Notes under the pieces: generated by a model
Seen by the model: the letters and a program-made list of their open reading frames with translations, nothing else
Database searches by the model: none
What the model was told of the DNA's origin: nothing
Made by a program: the position numbers and the translations under genes
Source: Octopus sinensis
Taxonomy: Eukaryota
Assembly (NCBI RefSeq): GCF_006345805.1
Contig: NC_043021.1
Location: 24,304,001-24,368,000, forward strand
Direction of reading: 5' to 3'
Length of the DNA: 64,000 nt
Shown: piece after piece, positions 51,871-64,000 of the stretch
Layout of the letters: every line of letters begins with the position of its first letter
Numbering within the stretch: position 1 is the first letter of the stretch

Positions 51871-52439
51871 TACTCTACTGTATCTAAAATGAATCGTTCG
51901 TTTTTCAATTTGGTGAACCGGAAAATTTAGTTACCAGCAATCCTCTCGTTAAAGGCTTGCCGGATAGGAGAGAGTTTTCTATACTCCGCCACGGCCGACT
52001 ATTTTCTGGCTTCAAATCCTATGCAAAGTCGTTTTCTTTCCTTTCAATTGCGCTTAATTCCATTTGATGCTAGTTTCCCCGTCATTATTTGTAGTTTTTT
52101 TTGCCAGTGTAACTACAAAGTTCGCTTCGCCGCCACCAACTCACTGGTTAGACCCCCACTGCACGGAATCTTGAGCGAATATCTGCAACCAAAGTCCTGA
52201 GTCTTATATTGAGTAAAGAACATAAATATTGAGGAGGGGAAAATGATGCGCTACCGATTCGATTTAATAAGTCGCAATACTTGATGACTAATACACAGTT
52301 TTCGGCAGTGAGTTTTCGGTAGCGAAATAAAGTAGATCCAGTCAGCGTTGAACTCAGACGCTATGTACGAACGTAAATAAATACTGCAAATATAGCGTCT
52401 AATAACTATCTCTAACACATGAAGAAGGTCACACATTTG

Positions 52440-52640
52440 TGTGTGGGGGTCGTGTAAGGGCTGGCTAAATAAATCGACTGGCAGTGTTTGGTTTCCTCGA
52501 AAGAATTATCGACCTTCTTTGGGAACAGGAAAAACAAAGTTGCTCTCGGTGGGAATCAAACTCAGAACGCAAGGAATCCGAATTAAGACTGAAAGCTATT
52601 TTAATCGTCGCTCTAACGATTCCGCCAATTCGCCGTTTAA
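52440..52640 (-). mobile_element. SINE family C, degenerate
   Basis: aatcaaactcagaacg..gctctaacgattccgccaattcgcc is the rc of the family C head. Confidence 0.6.
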
Positions 52641-53212
52641 GGAATCATAATTTTCATTCTGATAATTACAATGGAATCAATAACATGTTTCTCGATAGAG
52701 TATAGTTATCATAACATTCTAACATTAGAACCGATCTAATCACCAACAAAAGATCAAAGATGAACAACAGAATCACTGAAATTTAATGTACAAAGTTAGT
52801 TACCAATGGAGCACGGCAGAAGTTCTGCTGTTTACTTTCAATCACAAAATTATATTTGTATGTGCTTAATATTCGATATTGGTTTATTGACCTATGTAAT
52901 TATATACTTATAGATATAGATATACAAATACATACACACACCACACACACATCACACACATGGAACAGCATTTCATACATCTGTCCGTACTTTACACTCT
53001 CGCTTGTATGTTGTGGTTCTCTATATTATAAAGGTCTTCTTCCGAACTCCTCCCACCTCATGATACAAACTATCATTAGCACAGCCAGAAGAGCAGACCA
53101 CAGGATTTAAAGCACCGAAATAATGCTGTTTTTTGTTGGGTTTCTTTTTCGACTCCTTGGCCAACAAGATGTCGTTTATCATTGTTTCCATATTCCACTA
53201 TGATTTTTTCAA

Positions 53213-53257
<45 letters not shown>

Positions 53258-54373
53258 TACACGCATACACTCACATACACAGAAACACATAAATACACAC
53301 CTATATAGATTCAAATATATATGTGTGTGTGTATTTATGTTTACCTATATATATATATTTATGTTTGTGTGTATGTGTGTGTGTGCGTGTGTGTGTGTGT
53401 GCGTGTGTGTGTGTGTGTGTGAGAGAGAGAGTTGTACGTACACGTGTGTGCATAAGTTACACATGTGTGTGTGATGAGGCTGCTGCACAACTTCAAGCAA
53501 CTAAATTCCATTGGTCGATGAAGTCATTAATCAACCAATAGAATTTATTAATTCAAGTAATTGACCAACCTCAGGATGTGGGGGAGAGACACTAACCGCG
53601 CTACAAGATACCATTCAGTGACATCGATGCCCATAACCACACCTTTGCACTCGACACATACCCGCCACTGGGTGGATGGTGTGTAGTATCACTCGATTTG
53701 TATTTATAATTGAGGGTGTCGGTGGAATTCTAAAGCAATAATTCTTACTCGTGGTTATATTTAGCGTGATATTAAATAGGTAGACGAAAGTTGAAGAGAG
53801 TTGTGTCTGTAATTCTTTAGTTTGAATTCTCTAGATGTTTCGACTGTTGATATCACAAAGGATCTCAATGAATTAATCTGTAGAATGAAATTATTTTTGC
53901 TTTAATTGGATTTAAATGAATAGTTTCAATGTAGCTGTGTTCGTGAAGCTGACTGCTAAAGAAACGGATACACGAGGCGATATCGATTCCTAATTGACAT
54001 AAATTCAAGTTACTGACGTCTTCATTGTTCTTACAACAGGTATGGCCATGTGATGAAAGAATTAGCGCAGATATGGGTGGATAGACATTGAACAAGACTC
54101 ACCCTCGCAACACTAAAGCTCGACGTTCCTCGTTCGATGTCTTTTTCGTGACACCCATTTTCTTGTATGGATTCGAGTTAATTCTCATCGTACACCTACC
54201 TCTATTTACTTTTCTCTTTCTTTCTCCCTCTCTCTCTCTCTCTCTTTCTCCCCCTCTCTCTCTCCTAGTCTATCTATCTACCTGTCTGTCTGTCTTCTTA
54301 ATGTCTACCAACGCACACACACACCACACATACACATACATATATATACATATATAAATATATATATATATAC

Positions 54374-54406
<33 letters not shown>

Positions 54407-54695
54407 CATATGCGTGTGAATGTACATATATCTCCTGCTATATTTAAAATAATACATGTTTACTATAGACTTCCTGTAACACTCGCGCAACGATATACAG
54501 CAACCGGTGGGCTAGCTGAAGCATAAGTACACATATGTGCCCCAACGAATTTCTTTCCTGATAGCTTTCAGAGGCATGAATAATTTTTAATGAAAATTTC
54601 TGCAAATACACTTAAGGTGGTGTAGATATGTGGTAGATTCGGATGATATTGGAATTTGTTGTGATAATAAATTTTTGCAAATATATATATATGAA

Positions 54696-54767
54696 GCGTC
54701 GGTGGTGTAACAGTTAGCATGGTTGCCTTCCAAGCAGTCGATCCGGGTTCGACTCCCGGCCGACGCA
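54696..54767 (+). tRNA. tRNA-Gly(TCC), D-loop variant (G18 to A)
   Basis: 72-nt cloverleaf: acceptor GCGTCGG/CCGACGC, anticodon loop CTTCCAA, T arm CCGGG-TTCGACT-CCCGG. The D loop reads AACAGTTA instead of the invariant GG. Confidence 0.88.
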
Positions 54768-54775
54768 TCCCTTCG

Positions 54776-54780
54776 TTTTT
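54776..54780 (+). terminator. Pol III terminator (T5)
   Basis: TTTTT 8 nt downstream of the tRNA. Confidence 0.7.
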
Positions 54781-54848
54781 AATGGCGGTGCCCCAGCATG
54801 GCCACAGCTCATTAGCTGAAACTAGAAAAATCAAATCAAAATCAAATC
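54781..54848 (+). mobile_element. ~60-nt LINE/SINE 3'-tail mini-insertion abutting the tRNA terminator
   Basis: Same sequence as 42947-43011, with an (aaatc)n tail. Confidence 0.82.
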
Positions 54849-55905
54849 ATGTGGTGAGTGTCAGTGTGTGTGTGTGTTATCCCATCACCATTAATTTCGG
54901 ATATAATCGTAATCTACACTCTCTGAAAGGTATTTGTCAAAATCTTCATTTAAAATACCTACTTTTCTGCAAGTTATAAGAAAACAAAGCTGTCTCCTGA
55001 GCATTTTCAGAATCTCCTCTTCTCAAGCCCTTCCGCCACCCCGAGTACATATTTTCTTCAATAAATTCAGATTAATCAGAATCTACACCATCAGAAGTAT
55101 ATTTGTATAAAATCTTGTTGAAAAATATCCATTCTTGTGGAAGTCATGCAGAAGCAAATTCGATGGGGCGTAGTTGTGCATATATGCCCATTACATTGTT
55201 ATATATGCCTCTTACAAGCTTGCTTCGTTTGAATTTCATTTTGTATGTAACAGTTTCTAATTATATAACAACATGTTATATATAAACAAAAAATATACTT
55301 CTTTCATTCGGTTTGCATCGAGAGAGTAACAATAACGGGAATCAGATGAGCTCAGTTTTTGGCGATACGAAGACTGTATTTATGATGATACTGTTTTTAC
55401 TAAAGAATACTAAATGTATCGTAGTGTGTGTGTGTGTGTGTTGTGTGTGTGTGTGTGCGTGCGTGCGTCTGTGTGTGTGTATGCGTTTATATCAAAATTT
55501 ATCGGCAGTATTTAGGTAGTAATTATTCATTGCTTTTAGCATAACTGTATTTCGTCTTGTAGCTCTACTTCATGCTTCCCATAACGGATTGTGGAGCTTT
55601 ATTCGTGTGCCATATGTATACTTACGCGCATACACAAAAGGGATATATGACACAATGCCATGAACCCAATGTAAAACTTGCTATCTTAAAGATAACGTGT
55701 TCCCATTAATACACCCACACACACATATACTTTATATAAACTTATGAATATATATGTAAGTATAAGCCTATATATATCATATATACATATATATATATTA
55801 TATATATATTATATATATATTATGTATATATATATTATATATATATTATAAATATATATATATGGTATACATATATTTTATATATATATATATATACATA
55901 TATAC

Positions 55906-55983
<78 letters not shown>

Positions 55984-56186
55984 GGTTAATCCAGACCAGA
56001 AAACACAAAAAAACACAACGTGAGGACGTGGAACAAATATAGTATTATTGGACGCTCAGGAAAGAAGGGAAGAAGGAGGGTTTAACGTTTCGAGCGGAGC
56101 TCTTCGTCGGAAACATAGGAGAAGGAAAGACCCAGAGAAGGGAAGACAGAGGGAAAAAATCGCCGACGGTACACACGAGGTCACAT
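55984..56186 (-). mobile_element. ~200-bp hammerhead-bearing element (family H5) in (TA)n
   Basis: Homologous to 22003-22198. Confidence 0.82.
56080..56114 (-). ncRNA. Minimal type I hammerhead, U4C plus extra-A variant
   Basis: GUUU-CCGACGA-A-GAGC UCC GCUC-GAA-ACGU-U/AAAC. Confidence 0.6.
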
Positions 56187-56517
56187 TTATGTATATATAT
56201 ATGTATATCATATATATATATATATATGTATATCATATATATATATATACATATATTATATATATATATTATGTATATATATTAAATATATATATATATT
56301 ATAGATATATATATGCTATACATATATTTTATATATATATATATATATCATATATATATATGTATATATATATATAATATATATATATATATATAATATA
56401 TATATACACATTATATATATATACATATATACATACATATATTATACATATATTATATATATATCACATATATATATATATTATATATCATATATATATA
56501 TATACATATATATATAT

Positions 56518-56815
56518 ATCTTTATATATATAAAACTGAGAATGTGTGTCTGTCTGTGTGTTTCCCTATAACTTGAGAACTACACAACCAATTTCATTCA
56601 AATTCTACACATGCCTTAGAGTCCATGGAGTGTCCTGGGCAAAACATATTTTTAACTTCTTGCCTAGAACGAGCCCACAGCAATATCATATCTTCTCAAC
56701 TATTTCATTATTACGTGTTAAAAGTGAAACAGAAACATCTCTCTATTGTAATGTCAGATACTTTCACTTTAATACTGAAACTATTAAAATGAAAGTATTA
56801 TATAACAGGGATGAA
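56518..56815 (+). mobile_element. 5' part of a second Helitron-like non-autonomous element
   Basis: Starts atctttatatatataaaactgagaatgtgtgtctgtctg, resembling the 5' end of the 45375/62682 family. No 3' CTAG seen; interrupted by a SINE. Confidence 0.5.
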
Positions 56816-56822
56816 CCACGCA

Positions 56823-57140
56823 TAGGTGCAGGAGGTGCAGGTGTGGCTGTGTGGTAACAAACTCGGTTCCAAAACACTTGGTCCTCAGTTCAGTCCCACT
56901 GTGTGGTAACTTGGCATGTGTCTTCTGCTATAGCCTCAGACCAACCAAAGACTTGTCAGTGGATTTTGTAGACAGAAACTGAAAAAATCGATTGTATATA
57001 TGTATGTATATATGTAAGTCTATGTGTGTGGCTTTGTGTTTATCCCTCATCACTGCTTCACAACTGGTGTTCGTTTATTTACACCCCCATAACTTACTGG
57101 TTTCACAGAAGAAGCTGATAGAATAAGTACCAGGCTTATC
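56823..57140 (+). mobile_element. SINE family A, degenerate
   Basis: ggtgcaggtgtggctgtgtggtaa..gttcagtcccactg..gatagaataagtaccaggctt. Confidence 0.78.
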
Positions 57141-57268
57141 AAAATATAAAAAAACGCTACGCAGTGTCTCATATTTTTGTTTGCCCACTCAATTGTATCT
57201 ATCAATTTATCTTTGTGTGTGTGTGTGTGTACACATACATTACATACATACATACATACATACATACA

Positions 57269-57317
<49 letters not shown>

Positions 57318-57379
57318 ATTTCGTATACAGGAAATGAAACAATCAATCGTATATATATATGTGTGTATATATGTAAGTG

Positions 57380-59850
57380 TATCGTGCATCACCAACACAT
57401 TCGTTGCCAACAAGACATCCCACAAGGCATCTTGAAGACATCCAAGATCTCACCACTTGCATCAGCGGGATCTCATCATTACACGAAGATTCTTACTGAA
57501 TTCTGTTCAACTGACCCGTAGTTACCACAACGCGGATCGTGACACAGATAATTCACTAATAAGAAGCGGGGTGCGGATTCTGCCTAAAAAAGTCCATCAC
57601 TCCAAGAAAATGGGCCGACCACGCATTAACACTGCCCTCAGTAGCTGCCCAACCTCCTCTGCTGAAAGTAGGTGGAATTATATCAGGGAAGCTTTGTATA
57701 CAACATCAATACATACTTTCGTTATGAGAAAAAGGCAAAACCTAGATTGGTTCACTGTTGGGGTCTCAGAGATGGAAACATTTATCGAAGCAAAGCATGC
57801 AGCACTGATGCAATACAAGAGCGATTCTTCTACAAATTCACTCGAAGAACTCAGAAAGGCAAGAAATAAAACCCAACTGACTGCCAGACGCCGTGCAAAT
57901 AGGTATTGGCAGGAAATCTGTCAGAGTATCCAGTCAGCTGCTGACAGTGGCGACACCCGTGGGATGTATGCCGGTTTGAAGAAGGCCCTCGTTCCATCCG
58001 CAACCAAGTCAGCCCCTCTGAAATCAACTACTGGTGATCTCATCAAGGACCAAAGCAAGCAAATGGATATATGGGTGGAGTACTACCAGGATCTCTACTC
58101 ACGGGAGACCACGGTAGCTGAGGCTGCAATCAAGGGTATCAAGATCTTGACAGTCTGCCATCTATAGCAGAGCTCACCAAGACTATTGCTCACTAGCAAG
58201 TAACAAGGGTCCGGGAAAAGACGGCATCCTCTTAGAGATCATCAAAACCGGCAAAACCACCACCCTGCTTCGGTACCTTCATGAGCTTCTGTGTCAGTGC
58301 TGGGAAGAGGGTACAGTCCCTCAGGATATGCGGGATGCTAACTTCATTACGCTTTACAAAAAGAAAGGTGACTGTGGTTATTGTAACAATTACCGTGGAA
58401 TATCTCTTCTAAGCACTGTTGGAAAGACCTTTGCTCGCGTTATCCTGTCCAGGCTACAACTGCTTACTTCTCGAATTTATTCAGAATCGCAGTGTAGCTT
58501 TAGAAGAAGCAGATCAGCTATTGACATGATATGTTCCATACGCCAACTTCAGGAGAAGTCCAGAGAGCGGAATATGCCATTATATATGACCTTCATTGAT
58601 CTGACAAAGGCCTTTGACTTGGTAAGTAGAAAAGGCCTCTTCATCCTGCTCCAAAACATTGGATTCCACCAAAGCTGCTGAGGATCATCAAATCTTTCCA
58701 TGATGATATGCAAGGCATCATACAGCACAATGGTTCAACATCAGCCGCCTTCCAAATAAAAAACGATGTAAAGCAAGAGTGTGTCCTTGCTCCTACATTA
58801 TTTGGCATCTTCTCGCTACTGCTGTCACATGCCTTTGAGACATCAGATGATGGAGTGTTTCTGCACAGTAGAAGTGACGGGAAACTGTTCAATGTCTCGC
58901 GTCTGCCTACCAAGACCAAAATCAGAAGCGACCTGATCAAGGAGATGCTATTTGCTGATGATGCCGCCCTGGTATCACACACAGAAGAAGCCCTATAAAG
59001 GCTCATCAACTGTTTTGAGCATGCATGTAGCGACTTTGGCTTAGTTATTAGCATCAAGAAGACCAACATCATGGGTCAGGCTACATCGGACATCCCAAAC
59101 ACACATATTAGAAACCACAGACTACAGGAGGTGGAGAAGTTTACCTATCTTGGCTCTACCGTCACCTACAACCTATCCCTTGATGCTGAGCTCAATATAC
59201 GCATTGACAAGGAAGCTGCTGAGATGGCCTAACTCTCCAAACGGGCATGGGACAACAATAGCTGACCAAGACCACAAAAATGAAGATTTACCAGGCATGT
59301 GTACTTAGCACTCTACTGTATGGAAGTGAGACTTGGACGCCATACACACGCCAAGAGCGTCGCCTAAATATCTTTCACCTGCGCTGCCTCCGGAAAATAC
59401 TTCGCATCAAATGGCAGAATCATGTCCCGAACAAAGATGTCCTCAAGAAAGCAGGAATACCAAGCATTTTTGCACTCCTCACACAAAGATATATGAGATG
59501 GCTTGGACATGTTAGCCGTATGGAAGATGGCAGAATCCCTAAGGACATACTCTACGGAGAGCTTGCTAGGAGAACTAGGTCTGTGGGAAAACCGTTCTTA
59601 CGATACAAGGATGTTTGCAAAAGGGACATGAATCCATGCAACATCAATATTACCAACTGGGAAGCAGTTGCCAGCAACTGTGGAGATTGGCTACGTACCA
59701 TAAAAGAGGGAACACAAAGGAGTGACACAGAGAGAGAGAGGAGAAATGGAAAGACAAGAAAAGACGTCAACAAGAAACTATGACATTACAACCAGCCAGG
59801 CAAAGTCTTCGCTACATTTGCGGCACATGCCAGAGTGTTTGTCCAGGATA
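57380..59850 (+). mobile_element. RTE-clade (BovB-like) LINE, 5' truncated, ORF broken into pieces
   Basis: End of the APE domain (CITNTF..RHPRSHH.HQ.DLII), RT motifs NYRGISLLS, FIDLTKAFDLV, VKQECVLAPTLF, LFADD (58951-58962), KFTYLGS, LLYGSETW, RWLGHVSRM, and a truncated C-terminal C2H2 (YICGTC). Confidence 0.95.
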
Positions 59851-59911
59851 TATGGGAATATATATGACAACAAAGAGAAAGAGAAAATGGAATTTACGAG
59901 ATACTTTATTG

Positions 59912-60000
59912 CTCATAACGATCGTTTCGACCCATCTTGTATTGGTCTGTCGCTAGTGAGCTGCTCTATCCTTCGGTGCAGAAGTGTCTCATCAGGTGAC
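59912..60000 (-). ncRNA. Type I hammerhead, canonical core, long branched stem II, CpG-decayed cleavage site
   Basis: GUCAC-CUGAUGA-GAC[~58 nt]GUC-GAA-ACGAUCGU-U/AUGAG: palindromic stem III. UA at the cleavage site fits decay of CG (ancestral GUC/GUGAC). Confidence 0.7.
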
Positions 60001-60192
60001 TTTTCAAAAGGTCCTTCGCTTAATAAACTCGGTTTCACTTGTTTCCATTATAATAAATTCCGTTATATTGCCAGTGGTATACAGGGTTCCGTGGTTTGGA
60101 ATGACATCAAATGTATACAGTTCATATCATATATTATGGACCTACGTACAGGTAATCACAAATAAAACACGCAGTAAATAAGAAAAAAAAAA

Positions 60193-60399
60193 CATTTGCT
60201 CGATGATATTTAAGCGAGGTCTCTGAACTGGCCCGTCTTTAAATAACGGTAACACTTTCATCAGCCAGACTCTGTGGTGTTGCACGCAATCTATGATATG
60301 CAGCTCCTTCCTGCTGAACAATTTCACTTTCATCCAAGTCTGGTATCAAATTGTCCTTCAGCAACCGGATGTATTTGGTACTATTCAAGTTACCGTCAA
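60193..60399 (-). mobile_element. Tc1-like transposase fragment
   Basis: DGNLNSTKYIRLLKDNLIPDLD..WPVQRPRLNIIEQM. Near-identical to 63547-63753. Confidence 0.85.
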
Positions 60400-61111
60400 G
60401 AAAAATATTATTTTGATAAGTATAAAATGAGTCGGTATTATTCTTGCATTGATAAATCTATATCATTAAATAAAGTCATAAAAGGATAAGATGATCGCAT
60501 AGGAGACGAACAGACAAAGTACAACGGCACACGTGAGCGGTTAATTAGAATTTTGTGGACATGTGCGAAACCACTTTCGCCCCGCTCACTTTTATACGCA
60601 TCTTATACACAAGTGTAGAATAATATGCGCATATGTGTGTGTGTGTGTGTGTATGTGTGTGTGTGTTAACCACTTAAATCATAATTAAGTATGACTCAGT
60701 AAGTTGCAACAACTTTGTTCATTGTTTAAGGTGTCCTTGTAGCAGCAAATACAGACAGCCAGTCTTTCTATCATCCCAGATTTAACCCAACAAACTATAC
60801 GGGATATAACAACGGACGACGGCTATATCGACTCTGATTTGATCCTCTTTCCATTGCACCCGAAAGATAACCAAAAAGAACAAGAAAAATCAAAAGAGTT
60901 ATCGGCCGGATTTGAACTCAGAACGAAGAAAGTGGAACAGCGCAGACACTATCACTCATTCTATACTCTGACAATCGATCGTCTACACACACACATACAC
61001 ACATATTTATACGCACAGACACATACATACATACGCGCATACGCATACATATGCATATACACAAACACATACGCGTACAATTTTAAATAATGTGTGTGTT
61101 TATGTGAGTAC

Positions 61112-61167
<56 letters not shown>

Positions 61168-61197
61168 TTATGTGTGTACACACACTCACATATATAT

Positions 61198-61425
61198 AAG
61201 GCGGTGAGCTGGCAGAAACGTTAGCACGCCGGGCGAAATGCGTGGCCGTAATTCGTCTGCCGTTACGTTCTGAGTTCAAATTACGCCGAGGTCGACTTTG
61301 CCTTTCATCCTTTCGGGGTCGATAAATTAAGTACCAGTTGCGCACTGGGGTCGATGTAATCGACTTAATTCCTTTGTCTGTCCTTGTTTGTCCTCTCTGT
61401 GTTTAGCCCCTTGTGGGTAGTAAAG
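61198..61425 (+). mobile_element. SINE family C (tRNA-derived), near full length
   Basis: GGCGGTGAGCTGGCAGAAACGTTAGCA head, GTTCAAATT B box, TTTGCCTTTCATCCTTTCGGGGTCGATAAATTAAGTACCAG body. Confidence 0.88.
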
Positions 61426-61524
61426 ATATATATATATATATAATATATATATATAATATATATATATATATATGTGTGTGTATGTGTGAGTGTGTGTGTG
61501 GTTATGTGTGTACACACACTCACA

Positions 61525-61626
<102 letters not shown>

Positions 61627-62681
61627 TGTGTGGTGGTGAAGAACGTAAGCATCAGCGTAAAAAACCGTAAACACTGAGCATCTTTTCGAACGAAGTCCTA
61701 AATTAAGATATAAAGTAATAATCTTGAACATACTCTTTCCTCTAAATTATACTCTTTCCTCTAGATTCCAACTGTTGAAAAGAAATGAATATATTTATAT
61801 TAATACCAACACACGAAATATTCCCATTACTCATTTAATTACAGTGTATTTTTCTTTTTTCTAAATGAATTTAAAGAGCTGAAATATTTACTTAAGCTGA
61901 AATAATTTCCGTCAAGTTTGCAGAAACAGGGACTCAGTTTATATGTCCGCCGTTTCAACCATAATACGTAATTTCATTTACGTAATCAGTCTAAATGCTG
62001 TGTGCTATTCGAATATTCAAGCGCATTCATACCCTTATTAATTCACGCCTCTTGTTTATATAGTATTCGAGACATCGAAAAATATTACATATATTTCATA
62101 ACCTTTTATACAGTTCCTGTACAATTATATTTTTACATATACAGTTTTTTTCATGGAAACCAACTGTGTGATCATAGATCATTCGAATTACATTGGAACA
62201 ACGCGACAGTTGTCGTTTGATGTTAAACTATATTGGCGAGGTATAACAATACATCGATATACTGTAAGTTGTTTCGATGTCTTTAATATCAAATGTATGA
62301 TGAATAATTTCACAGCTTTACTCCCCACAACATTCTAGCAAAGCTTTGCCAACGTATTGCCTTCTATATTTCTTCGAGAAATACTTCTACATAATTCATA
62401 TTATACAAAAAGGCCTGTCATATTCAGGCTTATGTAAATATTCCTATAGACGCGTCAGAATTTAGTTTTCATTTGTTATAAGAAACTCTGGACTTATTCA
62501 TGGCTTCAGCAGCTTGAAATAGACAGATACATGCAAGTGTGCTCGCACACACACGCACGCGCGCGCATGCACGCACTCACGCACATATTTATATATAACA
62601 CAGGCACACACACACATACAGAGCAGTGTTTAGTTTTAAGCGAACTTTAGGCTAGTTAAAATATGTTTGTGACATTAATAT

Positions 62682-63067
62682 ATCTAAAAGTGAAGTTGTG
62701 TGTCTTTCTCCTACGATTTAGATTCCTAACTACTCCCACATTTTGCGGTACAGTTTAACCAAAAGCGGGTATCTTATAGTCGTGATTCATATCGAGCCCT
62801 TCTGGGTATTAGCGCGCGTCTACGATGAGTCTACGATTTAAAAAAAAATTTACCATCAATTTTTCCCATTTTTAATGCATTTTTGGCATATATAAGGGAA
62901 GTAACTCTCTAAAAATGTATTATTAAATCTCAGAACGTAAAAAGTTACAGTAACATCCCCCCTTTGTGGTTAGCCATATTGAGATGGCTATTATACTTTA
63001 CATCTCTAAAAATGCTTATATAGTTATTTCCCTTACAAACCCGAGCAACGCCGGGCGATACTGCTAG
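62682..63067 (+). mobile_element. Non-autonomous Helitron-like element
   Basis: Ends CCCGAGCAACGCCGGG-CGATACTG-CTAG/T (hairpin plus CTAG). Homologous to the rc of 45375-45775. Confidence 0.85.
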
Positions 63068-63241
63068 TATATATATATATTAAACTATTGTAAATTTCTA
63101 ACAACTGCCAATTTATAAGTGGATGTAACGCATTGCATTTTTTACAGATAAAACGTTGGGCCTGTTGGGGTCATTTCCATGCCTAATCATTATATTTTGT
63201 AGTGGGGTTACTGAATGACAGAAGATGCGAGACGACCACTA

Positions 63242-63753
63242 AAGATGGCCTTACAAAAGATTTGGGCCACCTCACATAAACCAATCAAGATACAGTGTTT
63301 TAAAACAGAAAAATGTCTATAATGAACATTCATTGCATAATGACCATTTCAAGAAATTACTGTACCTTGTTAATATTTCGTGTGGCTTCCCTTAGCTTGA
63401 ATAATTGTTTCAATGCGCATGGAAAGAGATGCGTGCAAATCCTTCACCGTTTTCACAGGTGTGTGAAGCCATTCTCCGTGGCTGAGCTCCCACAACTGAA
63501 GATTGCGTGGATTCTTCTGACGGACTCTTCTTTTTACTCCTGTCCACATTTGCTCGATGATATTTAAACGAGGGCTCTGAGCTGGCCAGTCTTTAAATAA
63601 CGGTAAGACCTTCATCAGCCAGACTCTGTGGTGTTGCACGCAATCTGTGGCATGGAGCTCTACCATGCTGAACAATTTCACCTTCATCCAAGTCTGGTAT
63701 CAAATTGTCCTTCAGCAACCGGATGTATTTGGCACTATTCAATTTAAAGTCAA
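63242..63753 (-). mobile_element. Tc1-like transposon 3' portion, pseudogene
   Basis: LNSAKYIRLLKDNLIPDLD..QHGRAPCH..DWPAQSPRLNIIEQMW..RIETIIQAKGSHTKY*. A putative TIR (..ccttacaaaagatttgggccacc) lies near 63242-63272. Confidence 0.88.
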
Positions 63754-63902
63754 TTCTAACCAACTTTCTTGAACAATTACTTTTTATGAGTCCCTAAAGC
63801 ATCAGACCCTTAACCCCAAACTTCACTGCTTTCGTCGTATAACGTGGGTAGTTTCGCTTTCTAATAAGCGAGAATTTGTCAGAAGGCTTCCAGGAAAGTA
63901 AA

Positions 63903-64000
63903 ACTAACTTTTAACGTCTTAGCTCACTTCTGCTGTTTACAGCAATGCTTGGAAGGAAAGGGTGTAGCGTGTGATCGTCGCATTGACCATAACAGAGATA
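63903..64000 (+). mobile_element. Second copy of the 4560 mariner (5' region, runs off the window)
   Basis: ctgtttacagcaatgcttggaaggaa..gtgtgatcgtcgcattgaccat matches 4670-4760. The left TIR is not seen. Confidence 0.85.

Noticed and set aside
54103-54158. Possible first coding exon MGVTKKTSNEERRALVLR with GAGG|GTGAGT donor (minus strand)
   Set aside because: Too short to assign, with no recognisable homology or linked exon.
60255-60270. CUGAUGA on the minus strand (also ~63610) and CUGAAGA-AUCCU/AGGAU at ~33655
   Set aside because: These lie inside Tc1 or R4 coding relics with no GAAA or stem III; chance matches.

Overview
AT-rich, microsatellite-saturated eukaryotic DNA that is almost entirely repeats. 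It is most likely an octopod cephalopod; this is inferred from tRNA/CORE-type SINEs resembling the octopus OR/OK families and from the extreme (TA)n/(CA)n/(TATG)n/(TAA)n load, and was not verified. No intact protein-coding gene is recognisable, and most ORFs in the track are translations of microsatellites. Identified contents: a decayed RTE (BovB-like) LINE (57.4-59.9 kb), about 10 fragments of restriction-like-endonuclease (R4/Dong-type) LINEs nested in (TAA)n tracts, a CR1-like 3' fragment, a Penelope GIY-YIG fragment, mariner and Tc1 relics, non-autonomous Helitrons, at least 3 SINE families and one tRNA-Gly(TCC). The main hidden signal is about 14 type I hammerhead-ribozyme motifs from about 8 unrelated sequence families. 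Most have a different self-complementary (palindromic) stem III, and several families share non-canonical core variants (U4C, A6U, an extra A after A9, U-U at the base of stem II). Many sit on the arms of fold-back elements inserted in or beside microsatellites, including a ~3.8 kb imperfect palindrome. One degenerate motif lies just downstream of the Penelope endonuclease ORF, pointing to a large, diverse family of non-autonomous, ribozyme-bearing Penelope/retrozyme-like elements. All folds were derived by eye and coordinates of decayed repeats are approximate.
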